Source: Tubulanus polymorphus
Lineage: Eukaryota; Animalia; Nemertea
Direction: 5' to 3'
Assembly (NCBI RefSeq): GCF_964204645.1
Contig: NC_134036.1
Span: forward strand, 3,998,600-4,062,599
Length of the DNA stretch: 64,000 bases
The position numbers and the translations under genes are program-made. The notes below the pieces were generated by a model. That model had not been told where the DNA came from, did not search any database, and saw nothing but the letters and a program-made list of their open reading frames with translations. Shown one piece after another: positions 1-42,724 of this stretch (position 1 is its first letter; every line of letters starts with the position of its first letter).

Positions 1-304
1 GTAAAATGGTTTATTAACGAAAGATTATGCCATCAATTCTCATTTCTTTTCCTTATTGTTCTTTCTTTTTCCTTTCGCATTTTTACCGCGGTGCTCGCGA
101 CGGCGGCCAAGCTACTTTGATTCGCTTATTGCTAAAAATTGTAAATTTATCATTCGTTTGTTTTCTATACATCTCTGAACGTATCCCTAGACATGCCCTC
201 CGTGAAATACATTTGAACTTGGAACTTGAATTGTCACAGTGAAGTATGAATAACGTTTTTTAGCAACTGACGTTTCGTCCTCGTGTGATATTGTTATTTT
301 GTAG

Positions 305-29235
<28,931 letters not shown>

Positions 29236-29261
29236 AGGCGCGGTTTTGAAATGGATAACGC

Positions 29262-29997
29262 TTCGTCAGGTTGACTGGACTGCGTGTTTTTTTTGCGCAC
29301 CACACTGAAACGTATGCAGCAGGTGGCGACGTACTTATAAAGGAACGGTTTATTATAGGTTACATGTAAATCCAGATTTCGAATCGAAAATCACGGTTAA
29401 AGCATTTACTTTTTTTTTCTGTTAACTGAATCGGTTTGTCTTGTATCGATTGAAATGATTGAAGCGTATTTTCATCAATTGAAACATTACTGTTTGATTG
29501 AATCACATTTTTTAAATTTAAAGGTATTTTGTTGATCTTTCGTTAAAAACGAATTTTGTTAATGTTGATAGTTTTCTGGCTTTAATCGTTGAAATATCTT
29601 TTGTACGTTTTTTTGGTGTAAATCTTTACAATTTTCTTCTTCTTCTTTTTTCACGCTTCTTCAGGTTGACTGGACTATGTGTTTTTTTTTGCGCACGACA
29701 CCGAGGCGGTTTATTATAGGTTACATATAAATCCAGATTTCGAATCGAAAATCACGGTTAAAGCATTTACTTTTTTTTTCTGTTAACTGAATCGGTTTGT
29801 CTTGTATCGATTGAAATGATTGAAGCGTATTTTTATCAATTGAAACATTACTGTTTGATTGAATCACATTTTGTAAATTTAAAGGTATTTTGTTGATCTT
29901 TCGTTAAAAACGAATTTTGTTAATGTTGATAGTTTTCTGGCTTTAATCGTTGAAATATCTTTTGTACGTTTTTTTGGTGTAAATCTTTACAATTTTT
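29262..29997 (+). repeat. ~361-bp direct duplication in the PTP 3' UTR
   Basis: 29346-29634 is nearly identical to 29707-29995. Confidence 0.9.
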
Positions 29998-32900
29998 TTT
30001 TTTGGGGGGGAAGGGTTGGGTCAATCACCCATGACAATGTTTCGGGGGTTTATCATTACGATATTTTGTAAATGAAATCGACTGATTCAATCGCGTTAAT
30101 CAATTGTGCAATATCAGATAATCGAGAATTCAGTAAATGTAGAGAGATTATCTATTATACCGTCTACATTTCAAGATTATTGTTCTTCGCATAACTTTGT
30201 TAATTGAAACATGTTTTGTTACTCGTAGCGATTTTTTGTGGATACTCATCGCAATTTTTTGGCGGCTAATCATAACATTTTTTTTAGGTCGATCATTACG
30301 GTTATTTGGAGTAGATCTTAAAAATTTTTGTATCAAAATCGACTGATTAAAGTCATGTTAATTAATTGGGTAATTAGGTAACCGAGAACTAAACGAATGT
30401 CGAGAGATTATTCGAGATGATTGTTCTTTGCATAATTTTTGTTAATTGAAACATATTGTTTGTTACTAAATCAAACTGATTTTTGCATTTTTTCTTTACG
30501 AATTTTCGTGTTGATCATTACGATTTTTTGGTGTTTAACTTACGGCTTTTTGTCTTAATCATCTCAATTTTTTCGGGAATAAGAATCATGACGATCTGGT
30601 TGTAAAAGTGACTGACATTTGAATAATCGAGAATTTAGTTGAATGTAGAGAAATTTCCTATGATGACTTCTACATTCCAAAGATAATTGTTCTTTGCATA
30701 TTTTTGTTAATTGTAACATATTGTTTGTGAATCAGCATGATTTTTGCATTTAATCTTTACTATTTTTGGTGTTAATGATTTGCGATTATTTGGTGTTAAT
30801 GATCACGAATTTTAATCTAAACTTTTTTTGTCTTAACCATCGAAATTTTTTGGAGTAGATCACAACGATTTTTTGATAAAAGTGACTGATTCATTCATTT
30901 TGATAATCGAGAATTGGGTAAATGTAGGAAGATTATCTATTATATTTCTACATTTCAAGGTGATATAGTTCTTCGCATAATTTTAATCATAATTGTCATA
31001 ATCATAATTTTGTCGACACTCATTACGATTTTTTGGGTTAATCATTAATATATTTGGGATTCGTTTTTACGAGTTTTGTGGGTGAAATCGATTCGCAAAT
31101 TTTCTAAGAAAAAAAACCTTACTGATCTTTTACGTATCTGAAGCCAATATTTGTTTTTTTTAAAACAAATCTACTCCTTTGCTACCCGAAAAACCATCCC
31201 CTTAAGACATTTACCGTTGCGGTATTAAATAATTTCTTGGAAGTGTACTGATAAAATATCTAATGCCTGGTGTTTGTAATTGGTTTTCGATTAAGAATGT
31301 TTCAAGTGAAGCTCTGAACACGTTTGAAGTGTGGACGATCAATTTTTGAAAGTGTGCTGATAAAATGTCTAATGTCTGGTGTTTGTAGTTTATTTTTGAT
31401 AAAAAAATGTCTCAGCCGAAGCACTGAACACATGTGGAACGTGGACAATCAGTTTTTCTCCGGTAAAGTACTGAACACAAAACAACAAATAGCAGCACGA
31501 TGTAGTTCACGTATCATTAGGGAGCGTTCACAAATTACGTACCTCAAAATCTCCCGTTTTTCTGACCCCCCTCCCCCTTGTACCACCTTTGTACCAAATT
31601 CACTGACCTCCCTCTTAGGTACGTACCATCGCACCCATGATCACCCCCCCCCCCCAATTATATTGATGCAAAGAACACAAATCAAAAAAAAAAAAATATA
31701 AATACCTGATTTCATTAATGATGTAACAAAAGAATTAAGCAAGTATTGTTGTTTATTGATTTTATATACCGGGTACTAAAAGCCCCCTCCCCCCCAATGG
31801 AGGTACGTAATTTATGAACGCTCCCGTAGATTGTCCATCCAGGCGACAGATTGTGATGATAATTCATCTATATTTTAATTCAGAATAAAGAATATCATTA
31901 TATATAAATATATCTTTGTGTCACTGTCATTTCTACGTTTGATGTCGTCATAGGTGGATTCATATTCAGGCAGTTGTATTTTCTGGATGGGGCGAATTGA
32001 TGCACCAATTCCTTTCCGTTGCCATATCGCTAGACCTTCTGGAATTGTTTTCAAAGGGTGACCGCTATTCTCGATGCCGTCAATGGTGATGATGTCATAG
32101 GGGGATTTACGCAGCGGCCATTATTCACTATATTTTCAATATATGTCGACACGTAATAATGGTTTTGATCGCATTGAAGCGTTGACTTACAGCCGCATAA
32201 GCTATTGACCGGGTCACTGACCACGCCACATTACAACTCTATTCGTACGTACATTAAATATAGCAATCTTATTAATGGTGGATATGCGTCTGGCATATAC
32301 GGGTTTCCCCACTACCAGTGGAACCTCATTACAAACAAACTCGGATACGACGATTCATCGGATTTAACAAATATAGAATTTCGACCCAAGTAGGAAAATC
32401 TGATTTAATTTCACCCTGGATATAACGAAATGTCGGTTATAACGAACATGTTTTCTGGTCCCGTGAAGTTCGCTGGGACGAGGTTCCACTGACCTATTAG
32501 TCGTTAGTGGTGAGCTTTTCTCATCAGATGGACTTGAATTCGATCGTGAAAACTAAAGCATATAACTCGAGTTCTATGGATGACTAAACCAAAACCACAG
32601 GCAGATTGCTGACAGGTTTCGTTACGTTTGAAGACAGTGTATAATCGTCGAGGATATCTTCGCCTTTAAACAGTGCACGGACGGTTCAAATCGCGAGAAA
32701 ATCGGATTATCAACAATATTACTGTGTTTGATTGAGGAACGCGTGTTTTCGGGAGGATAGAATAAGTGTCAACAAGACAAATGGAACTTGGGAATGCATC
32801 TCAGTTGAAGATGGTTTTGCGATACGACTTAATATAAATAAAGGTGAGAAGTTAATTGTCAGAATTCCCTTTTAATGTATGCGGGTGCTGTAGTGGTTTA

Positions 32901-33178
32901 TATTTGTTGTTTGACTTTTTCGATCTAACGTATATGTGTACATACGTGTACATATAAAGATATTCACTACAATCATCTAGAAACACATAATGATAAATTG
33001 GCTCACTTAGTAAACCGATTATTGAAACTGGAAACTCTGGATTCGAAACTGGATAAAATCCTATGTAAACCCGGTAATCAACATTCCGGACCTCTCGGAA
33101 TCAGTATCGGTCATTACTGGGTTCGCGAGCCCGGACCTCCGTGCTCATCTTTTATTCAGCGCCAGGACCACAGTCATC

Positions 33179-33293
33179 CATCCTCCCTCTGCAGGGACTC
33201 GAACCTAATGGTATCGCTACACTCAGCCACGGCACGAACCGTGCCGTGGCAATCTCGATGCCATCAGGTTCGAATACCTGCCGGGGGAGGATG
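33179..33293. mobile_element. Palindromic element with tRNA/SINE-like B-box arms
   Basis: CATCCTCCC...GAACC..ATGG.ATCG / CGATGCCATCAGGTTCGAA...GGGAGGATG. Copies at 15834-16021 and 39430-39718; tandem arms at 52485-52680. Confidence 0.65.
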
Positions 33294-33959
33294 CAGTCAT
33301 CCTTGTATGGCGGTGCAGTTTCAGTCAGAAGCAGCGGGCGGTCCGCGTTCGCTTTTTCTAACAACCGTATCTAACGAAAAAAATCGACCAAGTATCGAAT
33401 TTGAATCAAATTGTTATGTATTGATGTAATCGGGGAAATTTACGGAATTTACGATATATCTATAGAATCGATGGTCAGTATCTAATTCCTAAGTAGTATA
33501 GGACACAGGGTTCGTATCAGAGTTGCAAATTCTGTAAAAATAATAATCTGTTAATCCAATGCCTATAGTGTATATATGAAATAACTAATATATTACTTTA
33601 TATATGTTATAGACATTTGATTAACATTATCGTTTTTAGATTGATCTACAACTCTGATACGAGCCGGCCTGGACATCGTAAATCGACAAAAAAAAAAAAC
33701 GATTAAAATGCCAAAAATGTCAAATATCATAATAGTCAGGTTGAATTTATGAACTGATTGATTTGGGATTAATTGCTTAGTATTGTCGACGATAGATTAT
33801 ATAAAATAAATCATATAAAATCAAGGATCGTTGAAGTTATTTTTGATTTGAATATAATCAGTATTTCATATATGTTCCGAGGCTTTGACCACCGGTGACG
33901 TCACCACTTTTGTTCAGTCGCGGCCGACGAATTTGTTCGAATGTTTACCGGTCACAATC

Positions 33960-34232
33960 GGGCGGACCGGATGGCTTAGTCGGTCGGCGACTAGCGTGTC
34001 ACCGCTGTGGCCCAGGTTCGAGTCTCGGAGGAGGCGGGTCAGGATGTGGCAATTGATCTCCGGTAAGCGGGCGAGTCGAGAGTACTGTCCTCCCTGGTAT
34101 GAGGTTGCTAATGCGTGAGTCCTACAGAATATCTGGCGTGGGGTAAATTATGTTTAATTCAGTCGTTTCTGGCTGAATTATTTATTTATCCCACAATGCC
34201 GGTCCAGGTTGCGGAGTAATTCCCCCAGGGAC
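33960..34232 (+). mobile_element. tRNA-derived SINE (second family)
   Basis: A box TGGCTTAGTCGG and B box GGTTCGAGTC, followed by a non-tRNA body. Confidence 0.6.
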
Positions 34233-35503
34233 CTTCGACTTTTTTACAATATTAGTTTGTTATTTTAAGTAGATTGGTGAGGGTTTGGGGAACTTTTTAT
34301 TTTTCTTTATCCCTCAAAGAAATTGAAGAAAATCGCAGCAGGAATTCCGTAGATCTTTATGAGTAGTTCGGTGATCAATCTTCGAGTTCATTTCTCAAGT
34401 GATGGAAAAATTTCAGTATTTTTTTTAAATTTGCCGGATTCCAATCAGAGTAGATGTGTACGCGGCGATGTCTGGTGAACGTGTGTATAAAATCGGCTAA
34501 AAACGACTATCCAATAGAGAATCACTCACTGGAGACCTGCCATACGCTCTACTACACAATAGTGCCGCTTGACTGCACAAACTTTCAAGCTAAATTATAG
34601 ATTCCTGAAGCAAAATTCTGAAAATAGTAAGATTTTGATTTTGTGATATAGTACAGAATAAACAGAATAGAGAGGAAATCTACACTTAAGTTTGTTGGAT
34701 AGTTTAGATGGAATTTCAGTATGAAACTTAAAGCTAAAATCGTCGCATTCGATATTTTATCGATAACAATATGTGTCTCTATGAATAGTCGAATTAAACT
34801 CGACGACCTGTAATCTCCATAGAAAATGCGTGGCACGAATTGAATGATTCTCGAGGATTAGCGTCACGGACTCGGGTCTGTCACAGGAATGCGCGATCGA
34901 GCCTTCCGATTGATCCATTCCGGTCGCATCGATGATGCAACGTCGCTGATTGGTCGACGTAGGTATTAGAAGCGCGGTTCGAGCCACCCGGTGCCAGTTC
35001 GAGAACTGCTGTCCTGATGTGAAAGTCGAGCTATAAGATCTCTCCAACAAGGCGTGAAGAACATGTTGCTTCAAGCGAACAACTTTGCTGGTCCTGGTCC
35101 TGGTCCTGATGATAGCGGAGGAGTTCCGAGACACCTGACATAAACTGCTGATTCCCCTGCAGCTGGTACTGATGTAGTTTTCCAGGCTAGAAGAGATTTG
35201 CTGATGAGGGCGAGTTTTGATGAGGTTCGTATTTTACTAGACTTTGATGATGAGTTTCAAAATGAGACTTGAACCAGTTCTAGTTAGAACCAATTTTGAC
35301 GTGGTTTTATTTGAACAACTTATCCGAAATTTTACGTTTGGAATCTTATTCTTGGTTAATTTATTGGCTCTCTGTATTAATTCCAATTCGATTTAAAAAT
35401 ATCTAGACTAAAAGATAGCGAATCTCGTCGGCCTTGATTGACATTCAGTTTATTCTATTTTTTAGAAGCAGACTTTTTAGACTTGCATCGTTTGGCAGCA
35501 TCT

Positions 35504-36131
35504 CTCGAGACGCAGACTCTACTCCGACTCGAACCTCGAGACGCAGACTCTACTCCGACTACCATCTTCAAACCTCGAGACGCAGACTCTACTCCGACTA
35601 CCATCTTCAAACCTCGAGACGCAGACTCTACTCCGACTCGAACCTTGAGACGTAGACTCTACTTAGACTACCATCTTCAAACCTCCAACTTCAAACCTCG
35701 AGACGCAGACTCTACTCCGACTACCATCTTCAAACCTCGAGACGCAGACTCTACTCCGACTACCACCTTCAAACCTCGAGACGCAGACTCTACTCCGACT
35801 CGAACCTCGAGACGTAGACTCTACTTAGACTACCATCTTCAAACCTCCAACTTCAAACCTCGAGACGCAGACTCTACTCCGACTACCATCTTCAAACCTC
35901 GAGACGCAGACTCTACTCCGACTACCATCTTCAAACCTCGAGACGCAGACTCTACTCCGACTACCATCTTCAAACCTCGAGACGTAGACTCTACTTAGAC
36001 TACCATCTTCAAACCTCCAACTTCAAACCTCGAGACGCAGACTCTACTCCGACTACCATCTTCAAACCTCGAGACGCAGACTCTACTCCGACTACCATCT
36101 TCAAACCTCGAGACGTAGACTCTACTCCGAC
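35504..36131. repeat. Minisatellite of 39-bp units with 31- and 53-bp variants
   Basis: CCTCGAGACGCAGACTCTACTCCGACTACCATCTTCAAA repeated about 15 times in a higher-order pattern. Confidence 0.95.
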
Positions 36132-38919
36132 TTCCTGGTGTTTTGCTGCATGTAAATAAGACGTAAATAAAAAAGCGTAAATTAAATTGCTCGACTTTAT
36201 TGAAATCTCTTTTGCCCCGAAAAGGACTCTTCCGCTCACTCTCTTGTCTCCTTTTCCTCTTCCGCTCTCAACTTCACACTAGCTCAAAGGAAAGGACTCT
36301 TCCGCTCTCAACTCACACTAGCTCAAAGGAAAAGACCCGCTCTCAACTTCACACTGTTCGTTCAAAAGCACAAAGTCAAAGGAAAGGACAAACGCAAAGA
36401 AATACAAATCAGTGACTTTTATTGAGGAAGAAACATCCGGAATTCACAAATTCAATTAACAATTTGTTTCAGTTTGTTTGCAAAAGTCAAATTCAACATT
36501 TTATTGATTCAACAACCAATAATAAAATAAATTTATGGGATTTGAACCACTAACCATTCGACTAGCAGTCCAGCACCCTACCAACTACGCTACGGAGGCG
36601 CATATGCGACCTGTAGGGGAACTCCTATTTACCCATTGCTTAAGCACATTTGCTTAAAAAAAATGATGCCACCTAGCGGGTGAGACAGGAACTAAGTCCT
36701 TATCTCAACCCGGTAGGCGGCATAAAGATAAGAGAAGAGATGGCCGAATCTTGTTCATGTTCATTCATGCGTGACGGTCGAGATGTCGGGTGGTTTGACG
36801 GCTCTTCACCAGTTCGACTATAATGAGAGGAATAAGTTATTATAAGTTATTGACAGTGACAAGAAATCGAGAGGAATTTTGAGGGAGGAGTGCGGACACA
36901 CCGAAGCAGACACCGGGAAGATTTGGAAAACCTGATGCTCAAATGACATAATTGCCTCTATGCGCCCGAAGATCTGAGGCCTACATTTTGAAAAAGTTGT
37001 TATGAGTTCAAAACGTGAGAGGTAGACAAACGTTTTTTTTTGCGAGGGGTACGTTCACCCAAAACCCCCACGCTACCGGGCCTGTTCGAAAACCCTCCGA
37101 AATCATTACGAAACGGACCGAACGATATTTGTTTACGGCATAGAATAGAAATATAGAATAAAAATCAGATAATGTTAATATTTCAGTTTACAGTGCGCCT
37201 TACTCGGACAAACGAAATCATCATTTTTCCGTTGAATTCTTCCTAATGTATTTCTGGTCCTTATCTCGGATTTCGCTTGCTTAAGTCCGACCAATTTTGT
37301 CAGTCCCAGTTTGTCCCCGAGTAAGGCGCGAGGTTTACTGTAATGAATATTATGCTTATGGCCTGTGCATGTTCATTTCATATTTCATTGAATCAATGCG
37401 TTATAGCTGTCCGAGCTGGAACCAGAGACCTGGTATTTGAGTATGCAACCATGACACGGCTACATGAACCGGTACTTTAAACCTGTTTTCTAGATCCTTT
37501 TGGTCAAAAATCGAAACTCTTCGCGATTCGCTTCGGGGGGTTTAGGTGCCTTTTATTATTTTATAGATTTTGATAATATCTAGAAGAAGACCCTGAGGTA
37601 CGGCCTCTGAAGATTTAGGGGTCCCCCAAAAAACATAAATTTCTGATTTTGATGCCTCGGATCCAAAAGCAACTTCAAGTCCGATCACAGGCGTGGAATC
37701 CATTACACCCAACAATACAAATGTGCAAATCTACGTTTTAGAGGTTCAGCCATAATGGCTTGTCCCGTGACCGACATTAAGTCGATATACGTTCAAGGAG
37801 ATAACAAAGCTTATCTTATCAAAGATTTTAATTGAGACTTAGACATAGTTGATGTACCTGTTTATCCTTCTCCTGGCCTAACTTTCAATCTAGTAAAAAT
37901 GAGATAAATCGATTACGATTGTATATTTAAGTCACCTAGTTATATAATCTATATATGTCCTTAAATTATTCATGCGATTTTTTGTGTGCAGACGACCCCC
38001 TTTTTTCAATCCAAGTTCCGCATAATTTCTAAGGACCAATATCCAGAAACCTTATAAATATTTCGCAAGAAACGCCCCTATCAAGGTTCTATTTTCAAAA
38101 ATTATTAAATTCGAGCAATTCTAAGGATTCAGAAATGCTCTTTGACTTCGGGGTTCGGCGGATATTGTGCAAAGTATGGCATGTAGTTTTCACGCTTGTA
38201 TTAAATTCTGGTTTCCGCATAAAATATCCTAGTGATGTCCCTAATTATCAGTATCAAATTAGTTCATACTCTTAAAGAATGATGATCATAAATAATTATG
38301 ATGATAACTAAGAAATTGAGACACACATTTTTAAGCCGCAATCATTTGCCTGAATATAGCAATATTAGACCTATTGGATGTCGCGTGTGAAAATATCTAC
38401 ACGTATATAAACTATATTCAAGCATAGTTCTCAAATCAATTGATTTGAGTTCTATGATTCAAGCAACGCTCAGAATGCGACCAGCCGGGAACGAGACTTT
38501 GGGTTCGAATCCCAATTATTGCATGGCAGCGCGGTAACGTTTGTTGTAGGGATTTCTTTTATTCCCAACCCTTAGAAACCATAATTGTAAAAGCGTTCAT
38601 TTAAAAACAACCTGAGAGATATGTAATAAGTGACGACTGAAAATTTGAACCCTTCTGAAATAAGCTCCTGTAGGATATTGAAGGAACTGAACTCTGTCTG
38701 GTAAAAAAGAAAATCCGATTGACCACGAACCAAACCGGGAAAGATATTTTGGGTTCGAGCCCCAAGTATTTTTCCCGAGAAGTGTGCATACATTGTTTTC
38801 GTCTAAAGTCCAAATCTGGTACAAACCATCACAAAAAATCAATGAACCTCGATTTATCTTTGGACCCGCAGTTTATCTTTTCATTTTGCCAAATATAGTA
38901 AAAATCCTTTGCAATGCCA

Positions 38920-38976
38920 CTGACTCATTCACCTGATGAAGCTTCTATTCATTAGAAGCGAAAGCTCGTGCGTCAG
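38920..38976 (+). ncRNA. Minimal type I hammerhead ribozyme motif (Penelope/retrozyme-like)
   Basis: CTGAC-TCATT-CAC | CTGATGA-A | GCTTCTA-TTCAT-TAGAAGC | GAA-AGCT-C | GTG-C-GTCAG: core, 7-bp stem II, palindromic stem III, interrupted stem I. Confidence 0.75.
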
Positions 38977-41900
38977 CGTTATAAACGATGTTTTATTTCA
39001 GAGTAGAACGATAACCACACTCGAACTCGGTGAATTTCTAGGGTGAGATCGAAACGTCGTGTATTTTAATTATTCTATCTAGATTGTTCGAATAAATAAA
39101 TTCTTGGTTTTAAAATTCTTTTAATCTGTAGATAGTGGGTTAATTTATCGTATCAATGTTATTTCAATTAAATTCGAATTGAGTTGAGCGAATAAAAAAA
39201 ATGTTGACGCGTTTAAGAGAGCAGTGACATTAAAAAGGATGACGTTATAGCGAACTTCGACTGTATATCTGTTAGACAAAAATGAATTTCTACTCTTAAC
39301 TTATCTACGGATAGGATCTCGCTTTAAACTATAGGCTTAAGTGTTACGAACATTCTCACTAACTATAAGACTTTGGTGTAACAAAACCATTCCTCGACTT
39401 TTATAAGATTATTTTTTGCCTAAGTGCGGCATGCTCCTCCGCCAAGGATTCGAACCCGATGGCATCGCTACGCCACGAAACGAAACCCTGCCACACTGGG
39501 TGCGAAAACTTGCGGCACCAATCAGATTAATCGTTGTATGATCGCCGAGGCAGATTTCGCGCAAGAACTTTAAATAGTAACACCCGGGCTAAAATAAAAC
39601 GGGATATCTGATTGGCTTAAATGACGTCATCGAAGCGCACTCGGTCTAGTGCGGCGAGTTTCGTACGGTGGCGAGTCTCGATGCCATCGGGTTCGAATCC
39701 CTGCCAAGGGTTGATGCCTATGCGAGGTCGCAATTTCAAATACTAAATTTTGAAGATAAACATAAAGCCTATCTTTTCGCTAACACTACTGCGTAATTAC
39801 TATACACTATACTATTAGCCTACCAGTACTGGTGGTACACGTAACAGTCACCTGAACTTCCTATTGTCATATCTACTTAAAGTTGGGATAGATTCTTGAT
39901 TTCCTTAACATACTAGCCTAATTCCAAAAAGCTATCGTTTGAATTTGAAAAACCAATCTAAAAAACTCCGATAAGGACTTAAAAAGTTGATGCTTACCTT
40001 TTGTGTTGGACAGTAAGTTGTCCACACCTTTGACTATACATTCCGAACACCAAGTCTGATATCTCCTAACATTCGAATTCTGGAGGGAAAGCCTTCGATA
40101 CCGTTGTCTTAAAACATTTTTAGTCCCATTTCTGCACTGAAACTCCTACATAGATCTCCCAGCGTATGTCCTCGGCATTCGGCGCCATTGTCTTATTTTC
40201 GAAAGAGTTTTTATACGTTTTTTAAGTGTCCGTTTTACCAAACACACCCAGAACGATCCGTTGCCGGCGGTACACGTCTCATGGTCAGGGGCTATGTGCG
40301 GTTATGTAAACTGGTCTCATTCAACGTTTAAGTGAACTAGAGCGTTCAACTCGATCACCAGTGACGCGTAGAATTGAAATTTCGCATATACGCCCGCGCC
40401 GAGCATTTTTGAGGGCAGTTCTTTTCTCGAAAAAAGGCATTTAGTTTTTACAACGAAAAGGGGCACTTTCCTATTGTAAATGGACTGATCATTATGAAGT
40501 GCCCTGGGACCTCAATAAATCATCGAAAACACATACTTTTTAAATTCAAAATAAAATAAATGAAATTGTATCCGAATTTCGATAAATCTGGACCCATTTT
40601 TAAAGGCACTTTGAAAATTTTAGGAGGTTCGTTCGCTACCCCCGAACCTCCCCTCGGCACGGGCCTGGCAGTCAACCTTGCTCAAAATCGTTTACAAATG
40701 CTCATTCCGTATGGTCCCGCCAGTCCACGCTCTGTATAAATAAATTGGCGACGTCAAATGTCTTTAAAATTCTGCGTCTTAACTCAGGCACTGATGCCAT
40801 TCGAGGACCAAACAACATTTTAAGCCCATTCCATGATACTCAACTGGGCTTCAATTGACCTAATTCCCATTTCAAAACTCAGAAGGACCATCTAGGTCTG
40901 CTAGGACCCTGCATTGTCATGGAAGTTGAAAGACGGATGGACAGTACGAAAACAATCCAGAGAACCATCAATTACAATATAGGCTAAACAAAAATGATAC
41001 CTTGTTTCTCCTAACAGGCCGCGTCATTTTGTTAACTGCAATTTAATTCATATAATCAGTCAATTTCTTATAGCTACCAGCTCTGTGTAGGGTTAGCATG
41101 AAAACAAGCAATGAACAGGGTAGACCGGGTCGACTTACAAACTCAGCATAAAAATTGAGAAACCAGGGGCCAGTTGCACAGTCGTGACTTAAGTCGAAAA
41201 AGTGGTCTTAAATCTGAAGACCAGTCTTAAGTTGTTAGATTGGCTATAGAACTAAGTTGGTCTTAGACACTTGTCTTAAGTCTAAGCCAAGACTATGCAA
41301 CCGGCCCCAGGTATCAATTTCTTTAGCCTAATTTCCATTCATCTCCAGGATTTTGAGGACTGATGGTATGAAACAGGACCTGCTCCTATCCAAACAGAAG
41401 ACAGCTACAACGATAAACAAATCAAATTACTTATGAATATATTTTATTGGCTAGGACGTACGTACACCAGAATTAGCAAATATTATGATATATATATATA
41501 TAATAATAATTCTTTCGAAAAAGTCACCTGAAAATGACGACCTTTAACCGTCATCGTTTAATTCATATTATTATTATTATTTTATCTTCTTTTTTTCATT
41601 ACGGTACTACAAACACACATCGAATAAGAATGATAATAATTAACTTAAAATTTAGTTCCCGCTGTTGGCTATCCGCGCCTACGACTACTGGATAAGATAA
41701 CGGCGGCCAAAACCACCAAAACTGAGACCGCGTCCGAACATCTGGATTTTCTCTCACCCCCAAAACACTGATTTAACCAAAGTTTTGAAATGAAAAAATA
41801 TCGAATTATTTAGCGAACTCAAAAAATCGGACAAGACACAGACAGCGGAGAGAGTGAGATCGGTCCCGTTCGAGGTCGAATACTCGCTTCAAAAGACAGC

Positions 41901-42724
41901 CATATAATCGCTAAATAGCCAACAGACGAAAACCGAACTAAGAGTCATGAAATAGCCGTTTCAGTAGTGTACGGTATATATATACACACGCGCGTGAAAT
42001 ACCCGCTGTAAATAAAATCATGTCATCTTTTGTCCGAGTAAATAAAATCCAATACACTACGATATACGAATATAGGGGTCTAATTGGAAATCAACGCAGG
42101 AGAGGGACGAGAGGGAAAAACAGTTTTCATGTCATTTCAGAGAAATTCGACTTTTTTGTTGTTGTTGACGACGTAACCGCAAATTAGCAAATAACCCGAT
42201 CCTATTCACAGTAAGTATGGTAAATACTGAATAAATGATGGTGTATGTCAAACAGGGCGTAGGTCGGCCTTGGATATGGGCGAGCGGGTCAACTGCGATG
42301 GCTTAAAGTCGACAATTCACGATGGCGGTCGCAAGCCCAACCTACCCCTCATAGGCCCCTAAAACTCATAAATAATTCAAACCAAAAAGCCCTAAAACGC
42401 GCACACAGAACCATCGGTAATTGTTCCCCGCGCGCCTGTGAGTGCCAAGTATTACAACCAAGTATATATTCTGTTTGAGGCGCTCGTGCGTATCCGGGGT
42501 TCCTACTAACACACCCACGACGTAGCCGGCGTCTTACAAAACTGTTTTCAAGTCGACAAAGATCGGCAATGATGTAATGTAAATCTGAGGTCTGCTAAAC
42601 TGAAAAACTAAATTTTGACGACGCTTTAAAGCATTATCTTCAGGTCTACTACTGTATCTCTAGGTATTCCTGAAGATGACTATATAAGCGAATAGTTGAA
42701 ATGGCGAAGATGGCTCGAGACTAA

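Noticed and set aside
35438-36131. CRISPR-like array or 186-aa repetitive ORF
   Set aside because: Units are contiguous with no unique spacers and no cas genes, in a eukaryotic context; the ORF is a by-product of unit lengths summing to multiples of 3.
36535-36599. tRNA gene on the - strand
   Set aside because: A and B boxes are present but there is no acceptor-stem pairing; more likely a SINE head or tRNA pseudogene.
40652-40672. CCTCGGCACGGGCCTGGCAGT resembling antizyme ORF1 3' end
   Set aside because: It is the terminal inverted repeat of a MITE (~40391-40667) and needs two gaps; treated as coincidence.
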